A DNA stretch of 64,000 nt from Candidatus Krumholzibacteriota bacterium. Lineage in GTDB: Bacteria > Krumholzibacteriota > Krumholzibacteriia > LZORAL124-64-63. This document shows, one piece after another, positions 19,356 through 28,994 of the stretch (the first letter of the stretch is position 1; each line of letters starts with the position of its first letter). Where the stretch lies: the NCBI GenBank assembly GCA_039714075.1, contig JBDLKA010000004.1, positions 25,782 to 89,781 on the forward strand, given 5' to 3'. Under the pieces are notes generated by a model, which was given only the letters and a program-made list of their open reading frames with translations, searched no databases and had not been told where the DNA came from. Both the position numbers and the translations under genes were made by a program.

Positions 19356-19480
19356 GTAATAAAATGGTTGTGCCAAAGCAATTGTGTCCGTCGCTGGATT
19401 GCAGGTCATGGTGATGGAAATAAGCAGCCACCGTAACAAAGTGACAAAAGGAGGTGCCCCGGGGCACCTCCTTTTGATGT
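19356..19480. repeat. Intergenic 125-bp repeat, copy 1, ending in a perfect 32-bp palindrome (19445-19476)
   Basis: Ungapped alignment to 35620-35720 gives 76/101 identities by hand count; 24-nt identical core GGATTGCAGGTCATGGTGATGGAA. Confidence 0.88.
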
Positions 19481-19529
19481 TTGGATTTTCTTCGCGGCCC
19501 GACCTACCGGCAGGCCGATCCCAACGGCC

Positions 19530-20273
19530 CTATTTCCTGATCTTGTCCAGCAACCCCTTCGCCTGCTCCTCCACTTCGTCCTCCACCAGGTCCCGGGCCT
19601 TGTTCTCGATTTCCGCCCGGGCGATCTCGTCGGTGGCCTTCCTGGTCAAGGCACTCAGCACGGCCTTGGCGATCTCATCGGGCAGGGCGCCCTGGGCGCC
19701 GCCGATGTCATCCAGTCGGATCGCGGGCAGATCCAGGGACCGCTTTTCCAGTCCGAGTGCGGAAGCATCGACTTCGATGTGTCCCTTTTCGAAGATGAAC
19801 CGCTTGATCCGGATCCGCTTCACGTCGTCTTTCTTCTGGTCGCCGCCGTCGCCGCCACCGCTGGATGAACCGGCGTGCTGCTGCACGTTCTTCTGCAATT
19901 CGCCGATATTCGAGGAGCCCTTCTTCATGAACTCGGCGTTGACCACCGGCGCCTGAACGCGGATCTCCTCGATCACGATCGGGTCCTCACGGAGGCTTTC
20001 CAGATCGATATCCACGGTGATCTCATCGAGGGTGAAGGCCTGGCGGGTGCCAAAGGCCTCGGGACTGGCGATGCTGAGCCCGGCAATGGTGGCGCGGCCA
20101 TCGCGCAGGGAAATGTCGACGCCCGAAACGGCGACGTCGGTCTCCGTCACGGTGCTGCCCTGGTCCTCGATGACCTTGGCGACAATGGAATTGAGGTTGG
20201 TCAGGAAATAGAAAACGCCGCCGATTAAAACGAGCGCCAGGACGACGACGACTCCGATCAAAATCTTCTTCAT
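19530..20273 (-). CDS. AsmA/DUF748-like membrane-anchored protein
   Basis: N-terminal TM anchor followed by a beta-rich AsmA-like pattern. Confidence 0.6.
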   Translation of the reverse strand: MKKILIGVVVVLALVLIGGVFYFLTNLNSIVAKVIEDQGSTVTETDVAVSGVDISLRDGRATIAGLSIASPEAFGTRQAFTLDEITVDIDLESLREDPIVIEEIRVQAPVVNAEFMKKGSSNIGELQKNVQQHAGSSSGGGDGGDQKKDDVKRIRIKRFIFEKGHIEVDASALGLEKRSLDLPAIRLDDIGGAQGALPDEIAKAVLSALTRKATDEIARAEIENKARDLVEDEVEEQAKGLLDKIRK

Positions 20274-20440
20274 GAGAATGCTCCTAACCCTGCGGTCGGT
20301 TTGTATGAGCTCCCCCGTACATATGGTAGCCGCGGTTGCCCATTCCTTGAAGAACGAAGTTGTTGATCAACCGGACTGATTCTGCCTGGTTATTTCCCTC
20401 GTTCTGCCAGGGCAGGTATGCAATCGTTATGCCCAACAGG

Positions 20441-20470
20441 AAAACCCCGCCACTCAAAGAGCAGCGGGGC
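20441..20470 (-). terminator. Intrinsic terminator
   Basis: CCCCGC..GCGGGG stem followed by a T-run on the minus strand, just after the LamG gene. Confidence 0.6.
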
Positions 20471-20497
20471 CTTGGTCGTCAGGAAAAAATCCCCACC

Positions 20498-21925
20498 TCA
20501 CCTCAACAGTATCGCCTTCCTCGTCTCGACCTTCCCCCCGATATCCACGCGGAAGAAGTATTCGCCCGAGGGTACCGCACGGCCGGATGAATCACGCCCC
20601 TGCCATTCGACGGAATGTTTGCCGGCCGCGTATTGCCGGTCAGCCAGATTCGCGATCAGGCGTCCCCGAATATCGTAGACCAGCACGCGAACCTGATGCG
20701 TCTGGTCGGTGGAAAAAGAGATGGCCGTGGTGGGATTGAAGGGATTCGGCGTGATCCGGATGTCCTGATCGCCGAACAGACCCTTGTTCCCGCCCCACGC
20801 GGCCTCGATCATGTCCGCCCCGCTGATCGGCTGACCGTCATACGTTTCCCCGGTCAGCGAAACCTTGGTGTCGCCGCACTGGATACCGGAATCGGGAACG
20901 CGGAAGTGGAACAGCAGGTCCAGGTCGCCGTCTCCATCCACATCCGTTTCGTGACGGACAGGACCTTTAAGGTTGGCGTGAGCTTCTGCAGTTTCAGCGG
21001 GGCCGAAAAGAACGGTGGCATGATCGACGTTGGTCGCATCGAATTCAGCCGTCGTGAGCAGGGCCACCGGCACAACATGGTTGGCGTGAGGGTTGCAATT
21101 GACCCGGTTTTCATCACTATCGGGTTTCACATCAATGCCGACGTCGATGGTTGCGGGCGCACACTGCGGAATCTGCACCTGGTCCCAGGTCGGGTCGAAA
21201 TCATCACTGTCCGGGGTGCTGCCGCGGGTGGCGTCATTTCCGTTGAACGAGCTGTCGAAAGCGGTCTGACCGGAGCCCTCATCAAACTCCCAGCAGGCCA
21301 CCAGACCCGCTTCGTCGCCATCCAGTTTGGAACACATCATCTGCTGGATCTGCTCCGGCGTGCGCGCGACCTCCCAGAGACGGACCTCATCGATCGAGCC
21401 GATGATCCCGTCGACGAAATTGCCGAAACGCCCAATCATCACGTCCCTGTCGTACGCGTGGATTTGACCGGACGCTGCCCTGCTGCTCACTTCCACGCCA
21501 TCCACGAAAAGGCGCATCGCCGTTCCGTCATAAGTTCCGGCGACATGCACCCACTGGCCATAGGGCAAGACATCGAGTGGGGACCTCAGCAAGTGGCGCG
21601 TACCGTTGATCGCCAAATCGAACAAAAACTCCTGCGACCGTGAGTTGATGCCCAAATGGTACTGGTAATAGGGAGCGCTGTGACTGGTGAAGGGCTTTTC
21701 AATGAGGGGGCAATTGCCCAGATCCCAGAATTGTCCGGGGATCATGCACCACACTTCGATGGTAATGGCATCGGCGGGATCGAGGGTCTCGTTTCCCGCG
21801 GCGTGCAGATAGTCTCTCCCGTCAAACTGGAGCACATGGTTTGCACCGGCGGCATCCGAACCTGAAAAAAGGAACACGGCGAAAAGAAAAATCAGGAAAG
21901 CGCTTCGGCGCAGATATGGATACAT
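20498..21925 (-). CDS. Secreted LamG/concanavalin-like domain protein with C-terminal FlgD-Ig/T9SS-like domain
   Basis: WVHVAGTYDG..LFVDG..IDEVRLW LamG motif; PNPFNPTT C-terminal domain; start moved to ATG 21925 (signal peptide). Confidence 0.85.
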   Translation of the reverse strand: MYPYLRRSAFLIFLFAVFLFSGSDAAGANHVLQFDGRDYLHAAGNETLDPADAITIEVWCMIPGQFWDLGNCPLIEKPFTSHSAPYYQYHLGINSRSQEFLFDLAINGTRHLLRSPLDVLPYGQWVHVAGTYDGTAMRLFVDGVEVSSRAASGQIHAYDRDVMIGRFGNFVDGIIGSIDEVRLWEVARTPEQIQQMMCSKLDGDEAGLVACWEFDEGSGQTAFDSSFNGNDATRGSTPDSDDFDPTWDQVQIPQCAPATIDVGIDVKPDSDENRVNCNPHANHVVPVALLTTAEFDATNVDHATVLFGPAETAEAHANLKGPVRHETDVDGDGDLDLLFHFRVPDSGIQCGDTKVSLTGETYDGQPISGADMIEAAWGGNKGLFGDQDIRITPNPFNPTTAISFSTDQTHQVRVLVYDIRGRLIANLADRQYAAGKHSVEWQGRDSSGRAVPSGEYFFRVDIGGKVETRKAILLR

Positions 21926-22161
21926 GGTCAACCCCCGAACAATTTGAATGGAATATGAAGCAGAACCCGATGTTGCCAAACCGAAGGGTGATTATACCTC
22001 ATATCCTACCGAAAGTAAATGAGTTGGAAGGGAAAACCCGATTGATATTTCCGGCTGGAACTCGAGACATGGACTTGCCGGCAGACCCGGTTTATAGTTA
22101 AATTGGATCTTTTTACTCTTGGTTGTCCGGTTTTCAGAACACCTTCCCAAGGAGACGAACA

Positions 22162-23187
22162 ATGAACCGCCAGCTCGACCCGGGTCACATCATGCAGACC
22201 GCCACCGGCTTCTGGGCCTCGAAGGTACTGCTCACCGCCGTGGAACTGGAACTCTTCACCGTGCTTGACGACGAATCCATGACCGCCCCTGAACTCGGCG
22301 AAATCCTGGGGCTGCACCCGCGCGGCACTTTCGATTTCTTCGATGCCCTGGTGGCCCTCAAATTCCTGGACCGCGATGGCGACGGCCCCGGGGGCCGGTA
22401 CAGGAACACTCCCGAGACGGCCGCTTTCCTGAACAAGAAAAGCCCCACCTACATCGGTGGAATGCCCGAGATGTTGAACAGTCGCCTCTTCGGTTTCTGG
22501 AACCATCTGGGCACCGCCCTCAAGACCGGCGAGCCCCAGAACGAGATGCGGACCCACGGCAAGCCGATCTTCGAGGAACTTTATGCCCACACCGACAAAC
22601 TGGGCGAGTTCCTCTCCGCGATGACCGGCTTCCAGGCCGGCAACTTTTCCATACTGGCCGAGAAGTTCGACTTCAGCGGATACAAGACGGTCAGCGACAT
22701 CGGGGGCGCCCTGGCTCTTATGTCCTGCATCCTGGGAGCCCGTCATACCCACCTGACGATCAATACCTTCGACCTGCCGCCGGTCGCTTCCCACGCCCAG
22801 GAACACATTGATGCCGCGGGCCTGACCGACCGTGTTTCCGTGGTCTCCGGCGACTTCTTTGTCGATGACCTGCCCCGGGCCGACGTCATCACCATGGGGA
22901 ACATCCTGCACGACTGGAATCTGGAAAAAAAGAAGATCCTGATCCACAAGGCCTATGAAGTGCTTCCCGAGGGGGGTGCCCTCATCGCCATCGAAAACCT
23001 GATCGACGATGCCCGCCGGGAAAACGCCTTCGGTCTCCTCATGTCGCTCAACATGCTCATCGAGTTCGGTGATGCCTTCGACTATACCGGAGCCGACTTC
23101 CGCGAGTGGTGCGCGGAAGCCGGCTTCCAGCGTTTCGAATTCATCCCCCTGGCCGGCCCGACCAGCGCGGCGGTCGCGTACAAGTAG
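22162..23187 (+). CDS. SAM-dependent O-methyltransferase family 2 with N-terminal dimerization domain
   Basis: DIGGALA, FDLPPV, GDFF and ILHDW motifs; ATG 22162 after AAGGAG. Confidence 0.9.
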   Translation: MNRQLDPGHIMQTATGFWASKVLLTAVELELFTVLDDESMTAPELGEILGLHPRGTFDFFDALVALKFLDRDGDGPGGRYRNTPETAAFLNKKSPTYIGGMPEMLNSRLFGFWNHLGTALKTGEPQNEMRTHGKPIFEELYAHTDKLGEFLSAMTGFQAGNFSILAEKFDFSGYKTVSDIGGALALMSCILGARHTHLTINTFDLPPVASHAQEHIDAAGLTDRVSVVSGDFFVDDLPRADVITMGNILHDWNLEKKKILIHKAYEVLPEGGALIAIENLIDDARRENAFGLLMSLNMLIEFGDAFDYTGADFREWCAEAGFQRFEFIPLAGPTSAAVAYK

Positions 23188-23241
23188 GGACCGATGTGTC
23201 CGGTTGCCGGATCGGGAAAAGGCCTGACCGGCAACTCCCTG

Positions 23242-26200
23242 TCACTTGACCAGGGACATGCGCCGGGTTTCGGTATGATCCCCGGCCTCGAACCGGTACA
23301 GATAGATTCCCGCAGGCGCCGGTCGACCCGCGTTGCTCCTGCCGTCCCATTGTTCTTCGTGGCGGCCGGCGGTCATTTTCCGGCCGTCTATCAGGGTGCG
23401 GACGGTCCGTCCCGCGATATCGAATACGGTCAACCGGACCGGGACATCCTTCGCCAGGTCAAACCGGATGACCGTGCTGGGATTGAACGGGTTGGGATGG
23501 TTCGGGAAGAGAGCCGAATGCAACGGCGTGGTTGCATCGGGCACTTCCGAAACCATGTTCACCACGACCGCCGGGCTCTCGTTCCCCGCAAAGTCCGTTG
23601 CTGTCAGGAAGTAATAGCCCGGATTCGGCCCTGATATGGTCAGCATGGTCCCGGTAGTGTGGTCGATCACGACCGCGGTCCCGTCCAGGGTCGGATTGGC
23701 GGACCCGTAGACCGTGAAATAGCGGAAATCCGGCTCGTCATTTTCGTTCCATGCCAATTGGTCGGCCGCCGCCAACACGAATCCCGTCGGAACCGAGGGC
23801 GCCAGGTTGTCCACGGAGTAGCCACTGTCGGGCGCGGCATCGAAATAGACCCCCGGCGTGGCGGTGCGCGCCCGCACGAAAAATACCGACTCGTACATGC
23901 CGTCGGTGATGGTCGAGTCGCCCAGGGTGGGCACGACGACGGCGTACTGGTCCTCGGCGTCGGCCGGCACGGTCGTCACGAAGTGCCAGTCACCGGGCGG
24001 GTAGGCCTTGTCCCATTCCGCCACGCCACTTTCCATGGATGCCAGGCTGTCGATGCGGCGGTAGACGGCATACTCGGTTATCGGCATCGCACTGCCGACA
24101 AAGTCATAACCGGAACGCTCCCACGCGAGGCTCACCTGGCGGCCCTGGTCCCCGGGCACGTCGACGATCGCATCGACGGTCGGAATATCGTACAGCCACT
24201 CGAATTGAAGGTTGGAACAGCTGGGATTCATCTGCGGCCGAACCACAGTGTGGTTGGAGCGCCATTTCAACTGGGTACCGGGGCTGGCCAGGTTGTACCA
24301 ATTGCCGTCGGCGGCCACCGGCGCATAGGCCGTGCCCCCGTCGGAGCTCAGTTCCCAGGTAACATCTTCGGTCTGGATCGTGGACAAACGAGCCTGAACG
24401 GCATTGCTGGAAAGGGTGGCGAAAACCGTCGAATTGGCATAATTCGACCAGGGATCGAACATTCTCTGGGAAACGGCCACGGTTTCCATCCCGTACGTGC
24501 TATTGCCGAGGTAAACGTGGTTTCCGGCCACGGCCACACTAGCCGCCGTGTAGGAACCGTCGTAGGCGTCGATCAGGGTTGGAATGGCCGGGTCCGTGAT
24601 GTCCAACCGGACAATGCCGTGGAGTTGCACCCCGACGAACAGGTCGTCACCCCTGACCCGGACGTCCAGCGCGGAGGCGGATGTTGCATAGGTTCCGATT
24701 TGCGACGGCACCGCCGGATTGGACACGTCCAGCACGACGACACCGTTGTACGAGTCCGCCACGTACGCCTGGTCGCCGTCAACAGCCACATCATAGGCAT
24801 ATGATGTATCGAATACCGTAACCGGGGAAAAGCGAACTCCGGCACTCGGAAAAAATTCCAGGACCTGGATGCCGGGCGCCCCCAGGGCGACGTAGACATA
24901 ATTACCCTCGATATCCAGACTCCAGCCCGTGCCCGCCAGCCCCATCGGGCCCATGACTCCGATGGCGGGCAAGGAACCGAGACTGAAGGCATAGATGCTG
25001 CTGCCCCCGAGCAGAGCGGCCCTGTCCCCTTCGATGGCGATGGCGCTGAAGGAACCAGCGGTCTTGTTGGCCAGGGTCGGATTGGACAGGTCGCTGATGT
25101 CGAGCACCACGAAGCCCTGAATGGCATCGGCGATGAAGGCATAATCACCGGCTACTTCCACCTGCTTGCAGCTCCAGGTGTAAGCCGGGTCCTTGAATTG
25201 GCCCAGGAGATTCGGGTTTTCCGGATCGTTGATATCATAGATGTAAAGTCCGTTGTTCCCCGCGGCAACGAACGCCACATCGCCTACGATGGCAGCGTGG
25301 GTGTATCCCACGGCGCCGGCTTGGCCGCCAACGGACTTCAGTGGAATCGTCTTGGCCGCCTGATAGCCGTAAAGGAGGCCGCCTGTGGCAGCCAAATAGG
25401 CGGAGTTTCCGGCCACGGTGACGGCCATGCCCGAAGCGGTGGCCGTACCCGTGGTGATCGTCTGAATCGAAGCGGGATCCCGGACGTCGAGCAGGGTGAG
25501 TCCGTCGGTGTAGTCCGCTACATATGCGTATCCGCCCACAATGCATACGTCACGGGAGTCGCCGCCCGTTGCTGCGGCGCCGACCTGGACCGGAAGCGCC
25601 GGGTCGGTGACGTCCAGCACCAGGAGTCCCCCGGATCCGTCGGCGACATAGGCGGTATTGCCTTCCACGAAAAGGCCGTAGGCATTGCCGGGCGTGATCT
25701 TGAAACCGACCTGCAACATGAGGGACGGATCGCTGACGTCGAAAATCCGGTAATGGTGGGTGTAGCTGACCGAATGAAGAAGGTCTCCGTCCAGAACCAG
25801 GTCTCTGACCGTGGAGGTGGTCGTTATCGTGTCCAGTACGTTGGGTGCCGTGGGGTCCATGATGTCGATCGCATGGATTCCACCGTAATCACTCGCCAGA
25901 AACGCGGTATTCCCGTCGACAACTACATCATAGGCGGATCCGTACGGGTCGACATTGCCTATCAAAACCGGCGTGGCCGGGTCGGAAATATCGAGAATCT
26001 GCAGACCGCTCCCGCCGTCCGCCAGATAGGCGATGTTGCCGTCGACTGCAATCCCGTATGAGGTGCCGGTTGTGTTGTAACTTCCTGCTATCGAAGGCGA
26101 GAGCGGATTACTGATGTCCATGACCACCAGGCCGGCCGTGTATGCGGCAATGTAGATGTAGTTTCCATCCACCACCATGTCCCGCGGTTGTCCGGTAAGT

Positions 26201-26409
26201 ATGGCCTGGAAATCCCAGTCCATGTAGAAGGGGCCCATACGGATTTCCCCGTCCGCCGTCGACCAGACCGCCGAGGTGCTACCTTTGTAAGTGGTTGTGG
26301 TGAAATCCTCTTCAAAAAAGCCGGCCCCCACCGCCAGGGTCGGCATGAGGCCGGCCGTCACGATGGCCAATACCAGCGCGCAACCCAGTTTCTTCATTCT
26401 CGAATTCAT
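23242..26409 (-). CDS. Secreted LVIVD-repeat protein with C-terminal FlgD-Ig/T9SS-like domain
   Basis: More than ten repeats of AYLAD..GLQILDISDP; PNPFNPST C-terminal domain; ATG 26409 after GGGAGA. Confidence 0.88.
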   Translation of the reverse strand: MNSRMKKLGCALVLAIVTAGLMPTLAVGAGFFEEDFTTTTYKGSTSAVWSTADGEIRMGPFYMDWDFQAILTGQPRDMVVDGNYIYIAAYTAGLVVMDISNPLSPSIAGSYNTTGTSYGIAVDGNIAYLADGGSGLQILDISDPATPVLIGNVDPYGSAYDVVVDGNTAFLASDYGGIHAIDIMDPTAPNVLDTITTTSTVRDLVLDGDLLHSVSYTHHYRIFDVSDPSLMLQVGFKITPGNAYGLFVEGNTAYVADGSGGLLVLDVTDPALPVQVGAAATGGDSRDVCIVGGYAYVADYTDGLTLLDVRDPASIQTITTGTATASGMAVTVAGNSAYLAATGGLLYGYQAAKTIPLKSVGGQAGAVGYTHAAIVGDVAFVAAGNNGLYIYDINDPENPNLLGQFKDPAYTWSCKQVEVAGDYAFIADAIQGFVVLDISDLSNPTLANKTAGSFSAIAIEGDRAALLGGSSIYAFSLGSLPAIGVMGPMGLAGTGWSLDIEGNYVYVALGAPGIQVLEFFPSAGVRFSPVTVFDTSYAYDVAVDGDQAYVADSYNGVVVLDVSNPAVPSQIGTYATSASALDVRVRGDDLFVGVQLHGIVRLDITDPAIPTLIDAYDGSYTAASVAVAGNHVYLGNSTYGMETVAVSQRMFDPWSNYANSTVFATLSSNAVQARLSTIQTEDVTWELSSDGGTAYAPVAADGNWYNLASPGTQLKWRSNHTVVRPQMNPSCSNLQFEWLYDIPTVDAIVDVPGDQGRQVSLAWERSGYDFVGSAMPITEYAVYRRIDSLASMESGVAEWDKAYPPGDWHFVTTVPADAEDQYAVVVPTLGDSTITDGMYESVFFVRARTATPGVYFDAAPDSGYSVDNLAPSVPTGFVLAAADQLAWNENDEPDFRYFTVYGSANPTLDGTAVVIDHTTGTMLTISGPNPGYYFLTATDFAGNESPAVVVNMVSEVPDATTPLHSALFPNHPNPFNPSTVIRFDLAKDVPVRLTVFDIAGRTVRTLIDGRKMTAGRHEEQWDGRSNAGRPAPAGIYLYRFEAGDHTETRRMSLVK

Positions 26410-26539
26410 CTTGGTCTCCCCTTGTCCTTGCTGTGGATGCTCCCAACCATGCCTGCTCTCATCAAACACCATCCGGAGTCGGATTAAGTTGCAGGGGATT
26501 GAGGATTTGGCAGGGAAGTGTTTGTGGGGGGGGTTTCTT

Positions 26540-26575
26540 CCGGCCGCCAAACCCCCGCGGGCTTGGCGGCCGGAT
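26540..26575. terminator. GC-rich hairpin, probable terminator
   Basis: TCCGGCCGCCAA / TTGGCGGCCGGA inverted repeat just downstream of 26603-28660. Confidence 0.55.
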
Positions 26576-26602
26576 GGAATGAAAATCAAAAAGAAACGCG
26601 GA

Positions 26603-28660
26603 CTACTTCAACAGCGTGATCCTCTGGACGAAGCTCCGGCCACTTGCCTGCAACCGCAGGAAGTAGACCCCGCTCGCCTGCCTGCCGGCGTTCCAGGTCA
26701 AGCTGTGATGGCCGGCTGTCTGCTCCTGCGCCACCAACGTCCGGACCTTTTCGCCGGCCACGTTGTAGACACTCAGCTCGACCGGACCGTCGCGGTCCAG
26801 GGTATACGCGATCTTCGTGACCGGGTTGAAGGGATTGGGACTGACACCTTCGATGCCGAGGGTGCCCGCGACCTGGTCAAGGACGGGCGGATCGGCGTGC
26901 ATCAGCAGGAGGACGTCCGACCCTGAATATTCTTCGCCGCCCATTTCGAAAGTCAGCTCCAACTCGACGCAGAATTTCTTGGTCGGCACCACATCGGGCG
27001 GCAGCATGGCCAGGATGGCCGCCACCACTTCCTGGGTATCGAACTTGATGGTCATATCGAGGAAGCCGTCCGGACCATCGGTCGAGCAGCTGTTGCAATC
27101 CAGCAACTCGCCGTCGTAGGGAGTGGCGACATCCTCGAAAGCGGTCCGAATCGGCACTACGAAGGCGTTTTCCAGATCCTCTTCACCCATCCTGAGAGGC
27201 AGCGGCAGATCCGCGGTCACCGGCGCTACCCCTTCCAACCGGATCGAAGCCGGATCAATCATGGTCACGTCCACTTCGTCCGTGCCCAGGATAGCCACCG
27301 GCAGCACACCCTCACCCGTTGCGTTGACCGGATTGGGACAGGAGGTCGGCTTGATGTCGACGAAGATATCGGGAGGCTCGAGCTCCGGTACTTCGGTGGC
27401 GTTGAGGATATTGATATACCAGGCGGTCGCGAGGGGGCCATACCAGGCCGAGTACCCGCTCCAGCTCCCATCGGGGTTTTGAATGTCCACCAGGTATTGG
27501 CAGTAGTGGGAGTACCAGTCGTCCGCGGCCGAGGCCAACGGATCCTCGGCAAAGCCGATCGTATAGCCGCCGGTGGCAGCCGCCATCCCCGTACCGACCA
27601 GAATCGGTTGTGCCAGGGAAAAGACCACATCAGTCAGGCCGTAGACGGACAATCCCTTGTAGACGGCCCACATGGCATAGGGGTGATTGAAGTTGCCGTA
27701 CCAGGTGCCGCTGGGGAAGGTGTTCCACCGGCCGTTGATGAAGTTGATGGCGGCCTGGACGGACGGATGCGAGACCGCCCGGCCGACGACCGCAAACTCC
27801 AGCAGCAGGCCGCCGGTCTTGCTTACGTTGACATATGACGTGGGAGAGCTGTAGCCGGAACCGCCACTGGTGTCGTTCTGGACATAATCAGCCCAAAGTT
27901 CCAGTTCGTCCCGAACGTATTGCGGAGCCCCCAGTCCCCAGTCGGCGGCATACAGGTAGGGCAGGGCGCCCCACTGCGCCGTGGAATTGTCGGAGCTGCC
28001 GTAATTGGCGTCGTAGCGCCAGCCGCCCCGGTAATTGCCTGTGTTGGGCTCGACCTGCCCCCAGCTGAACCAGTCGACCAGGTCCTGCATGAGTTGGGCC
28101 CAGGTCAACCCGCTGACCGCTGTAGAACCCATTCCGATGACGGTGTTTTTGCCCAGCCGCTCCCCGAGCGCATAAACGGTCGGGACACAAATCCCGGTCG
28201 TGTAGACGTTGCGGTTGGGAACACCGATGTTGAAATAGATGGCCTGGTGGTTGCCGCCGTCGTTGGTGAAGATGCCGTCATTATTGTAGTCCTCGGCATA
28301 GCGTGTGTAGACGGCCAACTCAACGCCGAAGCGACTGTCCACTGCCGCCCGGTTGAGCATGTACAGGACCGCCCGGCCCACGACATCCCCGTAGTTGACG
28401 CCGTTCATTTCAAAGTCGACGCCGGGCAGCCATTCCTCTTCGACAAAAGCCAGGGTTGCCGCCGCGGTGGTGGCCAGGGTCCCGTCGTTGCTCAAGTTCC
28501 AGTAACCTTCGCCTCCGCTGACGACCTGGGTTTGGGCCAGCCAGACCAGGGCGGTGTCGATGGCCGCCTGTTTCTGCTGCTCGGTAGCGGCCAGAGCGCT
28601 GCCCCCAAGTACCAGGACAAGCAGGGCAACGGCAATGATGGTGAGAGAATAGTTCCTCAT
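26603..28660 (-). CDS. Secreted protein with prenyltransferase/squalene-cyclase-like QW repeats and C-terminal FlgD-Ig/T9SS-like domain
   Basis: WLAQTQ, GGWRY..DNSTAQW and YLVDIQNPDGSW repeats; PNPFNPVT C-terminal domain. Confidence 0.78.
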   Translation of the reverse strand: MRNYSLTIIAVALLVLVLGGSALAATEQQKQAAIDTALVWLAQTQVVSGGEGYWNLSNDGTLATTAAATLAFVEEEWLPGVDFEMNGVNYGDVVGRAVLYMLNRAAVDSRFGVELAVYTRYAEDYNNDGIFTNDGGNHQAIYFNIGVPNRNVYTTGICVPTVYALGERLGKNTVIGMGSTAVSGLTWAQLMQDLVDWFSWGQVEPNTGNYRGGWRYDANYGSSDNSTAQWGALPYLYAADWGLGAPQYVRDELELWADYVQNDTSGGSGYSSPTSYVNVSKTGGLLLEFAVVGRAVSHPSVQAAINFINGRWNTFPSGTWYGNFNHPYAMWAVYKGLSVYGLTDVVFSLAQPILVGTGMAAATGGYTIGFAEDPLASAADDWYSHYCQYLVDIQNPDGSWSGYSAWYGPLATAWYINILNATEVPELEPPDIFVDIKPTSCPNPVNATGEGVLPVAILGTDEVDVTMIDPASIRLEGVAPVTADLPLPLRMGEEDLENAFVVPIRTAFEDVATPYDGELLDCNSCSTDGPDGFLDMTIKFDTQEVVAAILAMLPPDVVPTKKFCVELELTFEMGGEEYSGSDVLLLMHADPPVLDQVAGTLGIEGVSPNPFNPVTKIAYTLDRDGPVELSVYNVAGEKVRTLVAQEQTAGHHSLTWNAGRQASGVYFLRLQASGRSFVQRITLLK

Positions 28661-28909
28661 GAGAATCCCCCCTCGATTCATGGTAAGAACGATTTTTGAA
28701 GATTAAGGCCGGTAGGAATCCTCCGTGAGAATCGTCACCTCCCTTGCTCCCGTTCCTTGAGGGGGAGAAGTAGATTGGCCTGTCTTGAAATCCGCTGGGC
28801 GAGGGGAGGGCAAGGCGGAGACAATAACACAAACTCAATTTTAAAAACAACAAATTTTACCAGAATTGTCCACAATGTCAGTATGACAAAGGCCGGCCGC
28901 CAAATCGGA

Positions 28910-28925
28910 TGCCCCCCGGGGGGCA
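28910..28925. repeat. 16-bp loopless palindrome, same core as 11115, 19445 and 35709
   Basis: TGCCCCCC|GGGGGGCA in an intergenic region. Confidence 0.6.
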
Positions 28926-28994
28926 GTATTATGTTAAGTAATTGAAACAATTGGATCTAAAAGTGGGGCCTTGGGGTGGTTTTTTGACTTTTGA

